Below are positions 63,859 to 64,000 of a stretch of 64,000 nucleotides of DNA, one piece after another. The stretch's first letter is position 1, and each line of letters opens with the position of its first letter. The translations under genes and the position numbers were made by a program. The notes beneath the pieces were generated by a model that searched no databases, was not told where the DNA came from, and was given only the letters and a program-made list of their open reading frames with translations. The DNA comes from Pseudovirgaria hyperparasitica (taxonomy: Eukaryota): the NCBI GenBank assembly GCA_010093815.1, contig ML996565.1. One strand, written 5' to 3'.

Positions 63859-64000
63859 CACATAATTAGTAGGTCCAGGATCAAGTTCCGAATAATGATC
63901 CACACCCACGCACACACTAAAGCAAAGCAATTAATCTACTACATATGAGCGCCCTTGCAGCAATCCAATAACTTAGCCTAGCTCGAGAACTGCTCTAGTA

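Overview
Eukaryotic genomic DNA from a filamentous ascomycete (Pezizomycotina). Evidence is short GT..AG introns with CTRAC-type branch points, a HET-domain gene and fungal housekeeping orthologues; the species cannot be determined from the sequence alone. About 21 protein-coding genes are recognisable: a HET protein, AzgA- and UapA/C-type purine permeases, a methyltransferase-like protein, a mitochondrial phosphate carrier with a divergent transcription-factor-like gene, an intronless Streptomyces-type chymotrypsin, OLE1, a RAD55-like gene, ATP19, CSM1/PCS1, a pepsin-like membrane protein, a GT61 glycosyltransferase, a kelch membrane protein, two GNATs, DDI1, a sedolisin, a conserved membrane protein, VPS36 and a long-chain acyl-CoA synthetase. 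There are many micro/minisatellites and a few TpA-rich, RIP-like tracts. I found no rRNA, tRNA, CRISPR array or intact transposon, and no clearly new multi-gene system. The best leads are regulatory: a DDI1 start codon split by an intron (the unspliced form reads ATG-TGA) plus an in-frame GC-AG intron; a 643-nt hairpin-rich intron in a polyamine-acetyltransferase-like gene; a perfect UaY-type site and a 4-codon uORF upstream of the UapA-like gene; an actinobacterial-type protease; and a block of surface-protein genes around a GT61 enzyme. Exon boundaries were read by eye and product calls come from motif recognition, not database searches.
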